Shown here in pieces: positions 25,114 to 38,044 of a stretch of 64,000 bases of DNA. Origin of the DNA: Octopus sinensis. Lineage: Eukaryota. A model generated the notes under the pieces. The model was not told the DNA's origin, made no database searches, and was given only the letters and a program-made list of their open reading frames with translations. Both the position numbers and the translations under genes were made by a program. Every line of letters begins with the position of its first letter. Position 1 is the stretch's first letter. The stretch covers positions 3,162,001-3,226,000 of the forward strand of contig NC_043026.1 of assembly GCF_006345805.1 (NCBI RefSeq), written 5' to 3'.

Positions 25114-26252
25114 ATAATCAAGAACAAATATATAGTGTGTGTGTTTATTTGACAAAAAACAACAAAAAAGAAAAGATAACAACGACCATCCTGAAATCTA
25201 ACAAAATCTGTTTCAACGAACGATTTCACATCAGGAATCTTGCAAAACAAATTCATAAATGTAATAAAAGCTATCCTTAAGAAAAAAATGTTAGTTTTTG
25301 GTTTGTTGTCCGTTTGGCACAAGGGTTCATGCAACCCTTTCTTGCTGTTAAGCAAATTGATTGGAAGTTAAATCTTCTCCCCTTTTTTCAGTGCCTCAAT
25401 TCCATTGTCCTCATGTCCAACTGCTTGACCCCAAAGAATAAAAGGCTAAGCTGACCCTAGCAAGATCTGAACTCAGTATATAAAGAAAGAATGGCAGCTA
25501 ATCCCACAAAACATTTTCTCAGACATTCAAGCAGTTCTGCCAGTCCAACATGTCGGTCTATTTCAGCCGTGTCAGCCATGGTAATGAGGTGACCATCATT
25601 CATTGCCAAGCTAGTCTGTAAGTTCTGCTGTTGATATAATTGACCATATCCCACTCTCAAATTTACATCTTTGGTCATATCCAGCCTGAATATTCTACCC
25701 GTTTTACGTCCAAGCTAGTCAGATCTGGACTCTCACACCTACCCTACAATGTCATTTTAAAAATAAACAGTCACATCATTGAAATCTGCAAGCTATGATT
25801 AATTGAAAACAATGTGAATTAATATTAAATTTGTTGGAGTAATTTGATTACTAAAGCGTTAAACCTTGTGATTCTGTTTTCTAATATTAGTTTAAAAGTT
25901 TGGCACAAGACCAGCAGTTTCAGTGGGGGGAGGGGGTAAGTTGAATACATCAACCCCAGTACTAAACTAGTACTTACTTTGTTGACCCCACAAAGGATGA
26001 AAAGGCAAAGTTGACCTAGGTGGAATTTGAACTCAGAACATGAAGAATGCCACTCAGTATTGTGCCTGGTGCACAAACCACTCTGCCATCTGGCTGCTCT
26101 AGTTGGCCTTAGCACTAATATTATCCTGTTAAGTTTCTACTCTGCTCTCAGATGCACTGCAATGATCCTGACCTGTGTGTAACATTATCTGTGCAACATG
26201 TAGAATTGTGTTTCTATCCATCTCCACTTATCTACTCCAGCGTTTGGGCTCA

Positions 26253-26500
26253 TTCATCATCATCATCATCATCATCGTTTAACGTCTGTTGTCCATGTTG
26301 GCATGGGTTAGACTCTTTGACCAAGGCTGGTAGGTTGAGGGGGCTGCACCAGACTCCAGTCTGATTTGGCATGGTTTCTACAGTTGGATGCCCTTCCTAA
26401 TGCCAACCACTCCGAGAGTGTAATGGGTGCTCTTGTGCGCCTCTGGCACAGGTGCCAGTTACGTGACACCGGCATCAGCTACATTGCCTTGATGCAATGC
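26253..26500 (-). mobile_element. RTE 3'UTR short copy
   Basis: (CAT)n followed by the family sequence. Confidence 0.8.
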
Positions 26501-26714
26501 CTGTGTTGTGTGTGGCATTTCTGCAAGCTATATATTGTTGACTTGTAGGCACACGGTATTTTGTTATGCTACAAAGTATATGAAACGTTTTCATAAATCG
26601 ATAGCATGTTCTCCTGTGTTAGCAGTGCACCTAAATCCCTCGTTAATGCCCTCTCTACAGTTTTAGTTTTGGAATTAAAGCCAGCACAATGTTTACGTTC
26701 CAGCTTCCAGGAAT

Positions 26715-26985
26715 CATCATCATCATCGTTTAACATCCGTTCTCCATGCCAGCATGGGTTGGACGGTTCGACCGTCTGATCTGGCAGTGTTTCTACAGCT
26801 GGATGCCCTTCCTAACGCCAACCACTCCGTGTAGTGGGTGCTTTTTACGTGCCACCTGCACAGGTGCCAGGCGAGGCTGGCAAATGGCCACGATAGGATT
26901 GGTGCATTTTACATGCCACCGGCACGGAAGCCAGTCGAGGCGGCGTTGGCATTGGCCACGATTCGGATGGTGCTTTTTACGTGCC
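26715..26985 (-). mobile_element. RTE 3'UTR short copy
   Basis: (CAT)n followed by the family sequence. Confidence 0.85.
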
Positions 26986-28435
26986 TTAATATATAAATTT
27001 GTATGTCTAATAACATTATTCGACTCGATGGAGTGGCTATTTAAGCAATGAGTTCGCAGATGATTATTAATGGGTTGGATGGGTGCTGATGAGGGAGCGG
27101 AATCTCCCGAAATGTGTCTCTACGCCCATTACTCATTTTGACATCTTTGATCTCATTGTTTGTTTACATCTGACATCTTGGATATGAAGTGTCATAACAG
27201 GATCAGTGCTGGCTTTAGAAAGTCTGTAGAGATGACCATAACACTTCATATTGTGTAGAATATAAACAGGAGGTGATTGTGTAGCATATGATTTGAATGA
27301 ATCCTGTCATTAACTGGGGATGCCGTTGAAGAGTTTGTGTAAGAGTTAAGTATTCTCGTGTCGGGCACCAGAGCAGTAGTTCTATGTAATCCATAGATAA
27401 AAAAATATCTTATCTATGGATCCCCTTGATTCTTATTTCACATGGGTGCACTCCTTGTTAGCCATTCAGTATTTAAAATCTAGTTTTATAGATGCTTCTT
27501 TCCATTTTGTAGAACTACGTAAAACGTTATAGAAAGAAACCTTGCTCTTTCTTGCACTAAATACGCCTGAAGCAAAAATTTTTCGTAAACCCTTACAATA
27601 CTATTGTGGATCCCCAATTTATTATTTTGCTTGTGTTGAGCCCCCCATCTGGACCCTGACTGTAAAGTCTCCTGTGTGTAAGTCTCAAGGCTGGAATCTT
27701 TGTAATGGAGGGTGGTTGGAGAGATGCTGTATGTAGTGACTGTGTGGCCTGATGTATTGGGAAAAAAGAGGAGCTGGATGGAAGATGGTTGCGAGTGATG
27801 AGAGAGAAGGGGAGGAAGGAGTGAGAGAAAGAAGAGTAGAAAGAAAGGAAGATTAGGAAAAGAGAAGGAAGGGCATACAAGTGAGAGGGAGGGAAAGAGA
27901 AAGAAATAGAGAAGTGGGAGGAGGTAAACCACAAGCAAAATAGAAATTGGAAGAGAGACTATCACTGTGATGGAGTTGAGTGAGAACAAAGAGGTGGGGG
28001 TGGGTGGGGGGGGCGGTTGAATGGCAATAATCCAGCAAAGGAAAGAAGTGGTAGGTGGTGGTGGTGGTGGTGGTGGTGGTGGCTGCAGACACAAGGAGTG
28101 AGAGAGAAAAGAGTTTAAAGGAGAAAGATCGATGACAAATCCAAGCCTGCAGTATGTGTAAATATATTGGGATGGTTGCATGTCTATGAATAACCCTTCC
28201 CCCCCCCCATCCTTAAGCTGGTTGCAGTGGGATCAGAGAATATACGTAGGGGCTCTTGTTTGGGATTGTTGTTTTTTCTGTATTGATTAGTTGGGTAGGG
28301 AAGGGTAGAGCCCTTGATTCCCTTTTTTTCTCAGAGCCTTTGAGATGGATGGAAGGAGGGGAGGAAATTATCCTCAAACCAAAGTCTAGGCCTGAATTCT
28401 TGCAGCAGTGGGAGTTACAAGGTGCATTCCTTTGC

Positions 28436-28855
28436 GTGTTTCAGTCACTTGACTGCGGCCATGCTGGAGCACTGCTTTAAAGGGTTTCAGTTGAAGAAAT
28501 CGACACCAGGACTTATACTCTGTAAGCCTAGTACTTATTCTATTGGTCTCTTTTGACAGAACTACTAAGTTATTGGATGTAAACAGACCAACACCAGTTG
28601 CCAAGCAATGGCAGTGAGACACAGATACACACACACAAATGTGTATGTGTGCGTCTATGTGTGTGTGTATATGTGTGTGTATATATATGTATGTATATAT
28701 GTGGGTATATATATATATATGTGTGTATATATATGTGTGTGTGTGTATGTATTTATATATGTGTGTGTGTGTATATATGTGGGTATATATATATGTGTGT
28801 AATATATGTGTGTGTGTGTGTATGTATTTATATATGTGGTGTGTGTGTATGTATG

Positions 28856-28924
<69 letters not shown>

Positions 28925-29016
28925 GTGTGTATATATTTATATTATATATATATATATATATATACACGTGTGTATATATTTATATATATATATTTACATA
29001 TATATATATGTGTGTA

Positions 29017-29063
<47 letters not shown>

Positions 29064-29175
29064 AGCTTCTTCCAGTTTCTGTCTACCAAATCTACTCCCT
29101 TTAGGCTTTGGTCGGCCCAAGATGCTCTGCAGTGGAACTGAACCTGGAATTTTGGGAAGCAAGCTTCTTACCACA
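28436..29175 (-). mobile_element. SINE family A with an expanded internal microsatellite (~28620-29060)
   Basis: Tail 28436-28620, head 29060-29175; the head end meets the mariner TIR. Confidence 0.8.
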
Positions 29176-30426
29176 CAGTCCAGAAGTTTTAAGACTTTTT
29201 CCAGAGAGACATTTATTAATTTCAAAAATGTATAAAGCCTTAATCTCCTTTAAAGTAGGGTCCTCTGACTTCAGTGCAATTGTTATAGCACTCCAGCCAT
29301 TGTGTGAAGGCCCCATGGAAGTCCTTCAAAGTGAAGGTGTTCAGGTTCTTGTCACAGCCTCCTTCATCCTGGGGAAACAACCAAAAGTATCAAGGAATAA
29401 GGTCTGGACTGAAGGTAGGGTGCTGGACCATTTTGATGCCATTCCCTGTCATGTAGTTGGTTACCAGGATGGAATTGTGGACTGCTGCACTGTTCTGGTG
29501 CCATTGACCCAGACTCTGGTCTTCTGCTACAAAATCTCTTCCTAAACCATCTTAAAACCATCTGGCCACAGAGAACCTAGTGGATTAAGGCGGTGAGCTG
29601 GCAGAACCGTTAGCACGCCGGGCGAAATGCGTAGCTGTATTTCGTCTGCCGTTACATTCTGAGTTCAAATTCCGCCGAGGTCGACTTTGCCTTTCATCCT
29701 TTCGGGATCAATAAATTAAGTACCAGTTACGCACTGGGATTGATGCAATCTACTTAATCCATTTGACTGTCCTTGTTTGTCCCCTTTGTATTTAGCCCCT
29801 TGTGGGTAGTAAAGAAATAGGTATTTCATCTGTCTACGATGTGAGTTCAAATTCTGCCGCGGCCGACTTTGCCTTTCATCCTTTTGGGATCAATAAATTA
29901 AGTACCAGTTATGCACTGGGGTCGATGTAATTGACTTAATCTGTTTGTCTGTCCTTATTTGTCCCCTCTACATTTAGCCCCTTGTGGTCAATAAAGAAAT
30001 AGGAACCTAGTGGATATATTGATACCCTTGTTGTTGAAAAGTGGGATCATCACGAGCTTCTCACTGGACTTGCTTTGTCTGGACTGTTGGTGCCAGTGGA
30101 AAACAGAATTCCCGGTTCATACAAGTTCATCCTTAAGCAGTCCGAAGCATTTCATAAGTGTCTGCAGGGTTTTTGATCCATTTAAAACAAATCTTTAATG
30201 CTTTGTGAGCTTCCAACTTGTCTCCATCTTCCGATTGCATTCTGCAAACTTGTCTGCTGTGACAGGCAGCATCTCCTCCTTCAGTCTGGAATGAGAAAAG
30301 TTGGCAGGTCAGCTTATTAGATGTGCAGTTAGGATAGACTAGAATTATAATAATCTAGGATAGTTATGACTGATTCTCCGATAAAAAAAAAAAGAAAAAA
30401 TCTCAAAACTTCTGGAATGCACTGTG
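29173..30426 (-). mobile_element. Internally deleted mariner transposon with a nested SINE B dimer
   Basis: TIRs TCCAGAAGTTTTAAGACTTTTTC (29179-29201) and GAAAAAATCTCAAAACTTCTGGA (to 30416), TA at 30427-30428. N-terminus KALKICFK...DTYEMLRTA...CMNR...VFHWH at about 30240-30050; C-terminus WHQNSAAVHNSILVT...HPTFSPDLIP*YFWLFP...YFKGD* at 29545-29240. Confidence 0.9.
29585..30005 (+). mobile_element. SINE family B dimer inserted in the mariner
   Basis: One head plus two body copies. Confidence 0.88.
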
Positions 30427-30955
30427 TAACTGGATTAAAGCCACTGAAGGACCTGGTCAGTGGCTTGGCTCTACTACCCAACAACTTGGAATGCTTCCCA
30501 ACCACATGGTTCTGGTTTCAGTTCCACTGTGTAGCATCTTGGGTGTCTTCTGCTATAGCCTCAGGGGCTTGTGAGTGGGAATCGAAACCGCAATTCTACG
30601 ACCGCGAGTCCGCTGCCCTAACCATTGGGCCATTGCACCTCCACAACTAAAGCAGAACAAATAGTATCATTTCACAAGGGTTTTTCATTTGAAAGCATGG
30701 GTTTTGCTAGTTTTTCTCTCTGATGTTTGCTACTTTTGATGACCTGCACAACACACCACCATGATTTTGGTGATGTGTTGTGTTTGTTTCCAGAGTTGAG
30801 ATTTTGTTGCTATTTCTAGCACAAAGGACTGATCCATTGTTGGCACTTAATCTTATTTCCTGAAGTATAAGGTTGTTGGTTTCAGGACTTCAAACCAGTC
30901 ACTCAGTAGTTTGTTGCATTTTCTTATAGCCAGATTGACAAGGGATAGTCTACAC

Positions 30956-31169
30956 CAGTGCTTTTCAAACTTTTGCTGGAGCGGAACCCCCAAGGAAACA
31001 TTCCACTGGAATGAGGAACCCCTGTGCAATAATTTAATAGTCTTATGCACACATATCTGCACAGGAGAATTAAAAATTACTGCCGATTTTAGCAGTTTTG
31101 TAACTTCTTGCGATACCCCTGGACTGGCAGAACCCTAAGGTTCCGGGGAACCCTGGTTGAAAACCACTG
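30956..31169 (+). mobile_element. hAT-type MITE, copy 2
   Basis: TIRs CAGTGCTTTTCAA / TTGAAAACCACTG; perfect 8-bp TSD GTCTACAC (30948-30955 and 31170-31177). Confidence 0.95.
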
Positions 31170-31635
31170 GTCTACACAATTTGGGCAAAACAAATAATAT
31201 TCCCCATAGATTTTTTTTTTCATTTGAAAACCTAACTTTTGCTCGTTTCTCTGCCTCTGATGTTTACTTCTTTTGCTGACATCCATAACACACCACCACA
31301 ACGACCTTCAGCAGGGTTTCTGTCCAGATTTGAGATTGTGCTGTTATTTCTAGCATAAGCATAAACAACCAATCCCTTGTCAGCTGCTCTTAAATGTTGA
31401 TAGTGATGATGATGATGATAACAACAACAACAACAATAATAATAATCCTTCTACCAAAGTCACAAGGCCTGAAATTTGCAGGTGGGGACTAGTCAATTAC
31501 ATTGACTCCAGTGTTTCACTGGTACTTAATTTGTTGACCCTGAAAGGATAAACGGCAAAGTCGACCTCAGTGGAGTTTGAACTCAGAACATAAAGACAGA
31601 CAAAATGCTGCTAAGCATTTTGCCCAGCGTGAATA

Positions 31636-31892
31636 GCAAAGTAGGAGGACCCAGCCATTGCGTTAGAGAGATATGGAAAGTGTGGGTAAAATGTACCCCT
31701 GTAGTTATAGGGGCATTAGGAACTATCCCTAAAAATCTGAACTGATGGATAGAGGAAATAGGCATAAAAGCCAGTTTAGTACAAGTCCAGAAAGCAGGGC
31801 TGTTAGGGAGAGCTGGGATACTTAGGAGGGTTCTTGGCATCTAAGGGTACTTGTTGTAGCTTGATGTTTTCTCTTTTCCAACAGTCTAATCA

Positions 31893-31929
<37 letters not shown>

Positions 31930-31930
31930 G
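31636..31930 (+). mobile_element. R4/Dong-clade non-LTR retrotransposon 3' end with (TAA)n tail
   Basis: K*EDPAIALER/IWKVWVKCTPVVIGALGTIPKNLN*WIEEIGI...QKAGLLGRAGILRRVLGI* matches the RLE-domain C-terminus pattern (KY..L...W...PVVIGALG); ends in (TAA)n. Confidence 0.85.
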
Positions 31931-32407
31931 CTTCAAATTTGATGCAAGACCAGCAATTTGGGGGGAGGGGGAAGCCGACTACATTGACCCCAGGGGGTCC
32001 TTATTTTATCAACTCCAAAAGGATGAAAGGCAAAGTTGGCCTCAATGGAATTTGAACTCACAACATAAAGACGGATGAAATGCCACTAAGCATTCTGCCT
32101 GCTCGTTACCTTAATAATGATAATAATAATCATATGATGGTGATGCTTATTATTAAGGGTAATGAGGCTAATGATGATGATGATGATGATTAAATGTTGG
32201 CGAGGATAATGATGAGGCTTATTATTAACTGTAAGGAGGATGAGGAGGATGAGGATGGTGTTGGGTGGTGTTGGGTGGTGAGCAGGAGATGGTTTGAGTA
32301 TGAATAGCAATATAATTATTTCCTTTTGACTTTGATGATGCAGCAAGTAGTTGGCTCGGAGGCTGTGGGGGTGGGCATCAAATTTCCTCACAGGATATAT
32401 ATGTATA

Positions 32408-32452
<45 letters not shown>

Positions 32453-33119
32453 TTACTTATGTATATATATATGTATATTTACTTATGTATATATATATGT
32501 ATATTTACTTATGTATATATATATGTATATTTACTTATGTATATATATATGTATATTTACTTATGTAGATGTGTATAATGCAGTGTGTATGTATGCAGTG
32601 GGAAAATGTCCTGGTGACTGAACTGGCTTGCGTTTTACATTATTGGACCGAGGGTGCAGATTGTGAGTTGTGAACTCATCTTTCGTTACGTTCGTCAGCA
32701 GAACACCATATTTTATAACTGGAGAGAAATGAATAATCTGTGTTGCGTGTGTCGTGCCAGTGTGTATGAAAGGTGGAGCAAAATGGGCTGAGAGCAACCC
32801 TGGGATATAGACAGGCACCTTTTCTCTGTTTCTAGTTAATATGGAGTCTCTGTGTGTTCCATATATGGAAGTGGAATGGCAACGCTTCCCAACGGCATGG
32901 GGTGCATGTGGAGGATGGCCATTGGGTAAAGAAGTGTCAGGCAATGCAAGTGCAAGAGATTTGCTGAAGTGGCTGTGTTGCAAGAAGGTTGCTTCCCAAC
33001 CACATGGTTCCAGGTTCAGTCCCATTGTGTGGCACCTTGGGCAAGTGTCTTCTATTTATAGGATTGGGATGACCAAACCCTTGTAATTGGATTTAGGGGA
33101 GAGAAATTGAAAGAAACCC

Positions 33120-33167
33120 ATTGTGTATATATATATATATATGTATGTATGTATATATGTATGTATG

Positions 33168-33203
<36 letters not shown>

Positions 33204-33251
33204 TATATATGTATATATATATGTATGTATATATACGTATATATATGTATG

Positions 33252-33286
<35 letters not shown>

Positions 33287-33327
33287 GTATATATATATGT
33301 ATGTATATATACGTATATATATGTATG

Positions 33328-33362
<35 letters not shown>

Positions 33363-34351
33363 GTATATATATATATATGTATATGTATATATATGTATAT
33401 ATATATATGTATGTATATATATATATGTATATATATATATGTATGTATTATATATGTATGTATATATATATATATGTATGTATATATATATATATGTATG
33501 TATATATATATAGTATATATATATATATGTATGTATATATATATATATGTATGTTATATATATATGTATGTATATATATATATGTATTATATATATATGT
33601 ATGTATATATATATATGTATGTATATATATATGTATATGTATGTTATATATATGTATATGTATGTATATATATATGTATATGTATGTAATATATATGTAT
33701 ATGTATGTATATATATATGTATATGTATGTATATATATATATATGTATGTATATATATGTATATGTATGTATATATATGTATATGTATGTATATATATAT
33801 GTATATGTATGTATATATATATGTATATGTATGTATATATATGTATATGTATGTATATATATATATGTATATGTATGTATATATATATATGTGTATGTAT
33901 GTATGTATGTATATATATATATATGTATGTATGTATATATATATATGTATATGTATGTATATATATATATGTATATGTATGTATGTATGTATATATATAT
34001 GTATGTATGTATGTATATATATGTATGTATGTATGTATATATATATATGTATATGTATGTATTATATATATATATGTATATGTATGTATGTATGTATATA
34101 TGTATGTATGTATATATATATATATATATATATATACGTGTGTATATATATATATATATATATATACGTGTGTATATTATATATATATATATATACGTGT
34201 GTATATATATATATATATATATACGTGTGTATATATATATATATATAGTATGTGTGTATATATATATATGTATGTGTGTATATATATATGTGTATATATA
34301 TATATGTATGTGTGTATATATATGTGTGTATATAATGTGTGTATATATATG

Positions 34352-34437
<86 letters not shown>

Positions 34438-34440
34438 CTT
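33120..34440. repeat. (TA)n/(TATG)n microsatellite following a SINE A head (~32950-33120)
   Basis: Simple repeats; source of the YI/MYV ORFs. Confidence 0.95.
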
Positions 34441-34979
34441 ATTGATGTACTGACTTATCCCCTTCCCCGAAATTGCTGGCCTTGTGCCAAAATTTGAAAC
34501 CATTATCATTATTATTGTTATTGAGTGAGGGAGCAGTGCATGCCATCAAAGTAACCCTGGGTTTAAATACACAAAGACCAGTATACCCGTCATGACTACC
34601 TGTCCAGTAAGGGCGCACCAGGCACATGCATAACAACCATATGTGCACAACATGGCGATCTCATATCAAGATAAACAGTGCATGACCTTGCATGTGGAGC
34701 CCAGTTAGAATTTTCTTCAGGTCAAGTAGCCCATCCCACTCAATAGGTCCCTGAATAAGGGTTGTTTAAGGATATTGAATGAAACGCCCATGTTTCCAAA
34801 GGGAAATTATCCAAACCCCAATGAATCCTTCTTAACACATGGCTATGATGTTCCCCATTAATTCTGCTCATGATCAGAGATGCACATATCGTCAGCCACC
34901 AAAAGACCTGCTCAACTGGTTAAGGTCAAACAGCTGACAAGTAAATCTATGGTATTGATCTTGTTATTATTATTATTAT

Positions 34980-35430
34980 TAAGGTGGTGAGCTGGCAGAG
35001 TCATTAGCATGCCAGGTGAAATGCTTTGTAGTATTTCATCTGTCTTCATGTTCTGAGTTCAAATTATGCCTTGGTCAGTTTTGCTTTTCATCCTCTCAGG
35101 GTCAATAAATTAAGTACCAGTTATACACTGGGGTCGATGTAATTGACTATTCCCCTTCCCACAAAACTTTCAGACCCCGTGCCTTTAGTAGAAAGAATTA
35201 TTATAATTATTATTAAGATAAAGCGGTGAGCTGGCAGAATTATTAGCAGACTGGGCAAAATGCTTGGCATGTTTTCTTTCCACTTCACGTTCTGAGCTCA
35301 AATTCTGCCAAGGTCAACTCTGACTTTCATTCTTTCAGGGTTAAAATAAGTACCAGTTATACTCTGGATTCAATGTAATTGACTTATCCCCTTCGTCAAA
35401 ATTGCTACCCTTGTGCCTAAATTTGAAACG
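34980..35430 (+). mobile_element. Two adjacent SINE family B copies
   Basis: Heads AAGGTGGTGAGCTGGCAG at about 34981 and GCGGTGAGCTGGCAG at about 35223. Confidence 0.8.
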
Positions 35431-35904
35431 AATATTTCTATCAGGGAGTGGTCAACGTTTTTACGTCTGTTGGTCAGATAGTTTAATAATGATTGGACTG
35501 TGTGTTAGATAAATGCCACAAAAATAGTTAAACCTGGAAATCTTCATCTAAATACATCCAATTATATTTTCCATTAAATATGAGACATGCCAGAAAATCG
35601 TTTTTGCACAGTGAACTTATATCGATTGCTAATCTAAGATATCAGTTTGAATGTAATTTAGTTCAATTGAGGCATCATTTTAAACCTATTAAAGAAAGAA
35701 AAAAAAGCACAAACAAGTCTTTAAAGTTATAAATAGTTTCAACATAATGCAGGCATGCCTGTCTGGTTAGTAGCTTGCTTCACAACCACATGGTTCAGGG
35801 TTCAATCCCACTATGTGGAACTTTGGGCAAGTGTCTTCTACTATAGTCTCAGGCCAACCAAAACCTTTTGAGTGAATTTGGTAGATGGAAACAGGAAGCC
35901 CACT

Positions 35905-36106
35905 TATATATATATATATATAATATAAAGTATATATATATATATATATATAAAAGTATAATATATATATATATATATATATATAAAGTATATATATATA
36001 TATAATATAAAGTATATATATATATATATATATATATATAAGTATATATATATATATATATAATATAAAGTATATATATATATATTATATATATATATAT
36101 ATAAAG

Positions 36107-36168
<62 letters not shown>

Positions 36169-36169
36169 G

Positions 36170-36214
<45 letters not shown>

Positions 36215-36216
36215 AA

Positions 36217-36265
<49 letters not shown>

Positions 36266-36296
36266 ATATATATACACACACATATATACATACATA
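35905..36296. repeat. (TA)n microsatellite with AAAG interruptions, after a SINE A head (~35750-35905)
   Basis: Simple repeat. Confidence 0.95.
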
Positions 36297-36689
36297 TACT
36301 CTTACTCTTTTACTCTTTTACTTGTTTCAGTCATTTGACTGCGGCCATGCTGGAGCACCACCTTTAATCGAGCAACTCGACCCCGGGACTTATTCTTTGT
36401 AAGCCAAGTACTTGTTCTATCGGTCTCTTTTGCCGAACCGCTAAGTAATGGGGACATAAACACACCAGCATCGGTTGTCAAGCAATGCTAGGGGGACAAA
36501 CACAAACACACATATATACATATATATATATGACGGGCTTCTTTCAGTTTCCGTCTACCAAATCCACTCACAAGGCTTTGGTTGGCCCGAGGCTATAGTA
36601 GACACTTACCCAAGGTGCCACGCAGTGGGACTGAACCCGGAACCATGCGGTTGGTAGACAAGCTACTTACCACACAGCCACTCCTGCAC

Positions 36690-36691
<2 letters not shown>
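36297..36691 (-). mobile_element. SINE family A, full length
   Basis: Complete copy. Confidence 0.92.
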
Positions 36692-36734
<43 letters not shown>

Positions 36735-36736
<2 letters not shown>

Positions 36737-36789
36737 ACAAAACTGTCTGACGAATGGGAATGTGAAACTCCGAGTAACAGCTTTTGTTA
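36735..36789 (+). ncRNA. Type-I hammerhead ribozyme with long stem I
   Basis: TAACAAAACTGT-CTGACGA-ATG[GGAA]TGT-GAAA-CT[CCG]AG-TA^ACAG(C)TTTTGTTA; stem I 12 bp with one bulge. Confidence 0.8.
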
Positions 36790-37130
36790 AATTTCTGCTG
36801 TTTTTAAATAAAGTATATATATATGAAAAATGAGGTTGTTTTTGTGAAGCACTGTGAGGTATAACTTTGAAGAATGTAGCTGTGTAAAGCCAGAACAATG
36901 CGAGATGGTACAAAGTAAGCTACAAAACAATAAAAGAGAAGAAATTTTCAGAACTTGGGAAAAGCGTTGGTTGCTGAGGAGCAACAAACCATTCCAATCA
37001 CTGCTTTTCGGAATGTCCTGAAATATAGAAATACAAGGCAAAACTGCAACTCTGCTCTGTTTCCTTTTCATTTTGTAGTTTATTCTCGCTTTGTTCTGAC
37101 TTCTCACTACAACTACATTCTTTGAGATAT

Positions 37131-37606
37131 GAAAGAAGGATTTGAAAATGCAATTTTAAAAGATGTTTATTCATTTGACTGGTTTCACTTTTTTAGAAAA
37201 AGAATATCAAAAGTAAAATGTAAAGCTTTGTATAAGCTTTGTTGTGTTAATTACTGGTTGCCACAAAAGTATTGAAATACATATATACATTCTTTGATAA
37301 TATTAAGAAAATGTTAAAAACAGTCTACAAGAAAGTATTTAAGAAAATATTCAACAAAAAGTATTAGGAGTTCAATAAAAATCATGTTTGTTTTGTAGTA
37401 TATATATATATATATATACATACACAGAAAAAGTATTAGGAGTTAATTTTCTTATTATTATCAAAGAATATATTTTAATACTTTTGTGACAACCAGTAAT
37501 TAACACAACAAAGCTTTACATTTTACTTTTGATAACCTTTTTCTAAAAAAGTGAAACTGGCCTAGTGAATAACCATCTTTAAAATTGCATTTTCAAACCT
37601 TCTTTC
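37131..37606. mobile_element. Foldback/MITE with ~165-180-bp inverted arms
   Basis: Left arm GAAAGAAGGATTTGAAAATGCAATTTT...GATAATATTAAGAAAA is the reverse complement, with small indels, of the right arm ending TTGCATTTTCAAACCTTCTTTC; no TSD recognised. Confidence 0.88.
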
Positions 37607-37648
37607 CACTTGTGCGCTGCCTTACAACTTTACTTTGTTATATATATA

Positions 37649-38044
37649 GGTGCAGGAGTGGCTGTGTGGTAAGTAGCTTGCTTACCAACCACAATGTTTC
37701 GGGATCAGTCCCACTGCATGGCACCTTGGGCAAGTGTCTTCTACCATAACCATGGGCCAAATAAAGCTTTGTGAGTGGATTTGGTAGACGAAAACTGAAA
37801 GAGGCTCATGTGTGTGTTTATGTATGTATATATATATGTGTGTGTGTGTTTGTCTCCTCCCCCCCAACATTGCTTGATAACTGATGCTGGTGAATTTACA
37901 TCCCCGTAACCTAGCAATTCACCAAAAGAGACTGATAGAATAAGTACTAGGCCTACAAAGAATAAGTCCTGGGGTTGATTTGCTCGACTAAAGGTGGTGC
38001 TCCAGCATGGCCACAGTCAAATGACTGAAACAAATAAAAGAATA
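37649..38044 (+). mobile_element. SINE family A, full length
   Basis: Complete copy. Confidence 0.9.

Noticed and set aside
29108-29545. 145-aa plus-strand ORF
   Set aside because: Antisense to the mariner transposase remnant.
32675-32700. Minus-strand CTGACGA...GAAA
   Set aside because: No usable stem II, and the cleavage position would be G.
33107-34445. YI/MYV/HT-rich ORFs here and at 19.2-19.8, 28.4-29.1, 35.8-36.3, 40.6-42.2, 53-55 and 59.7-63.6 kb
   Set aside because: Translations of (TA)n, (TG)n and (CA)n microsatellites.
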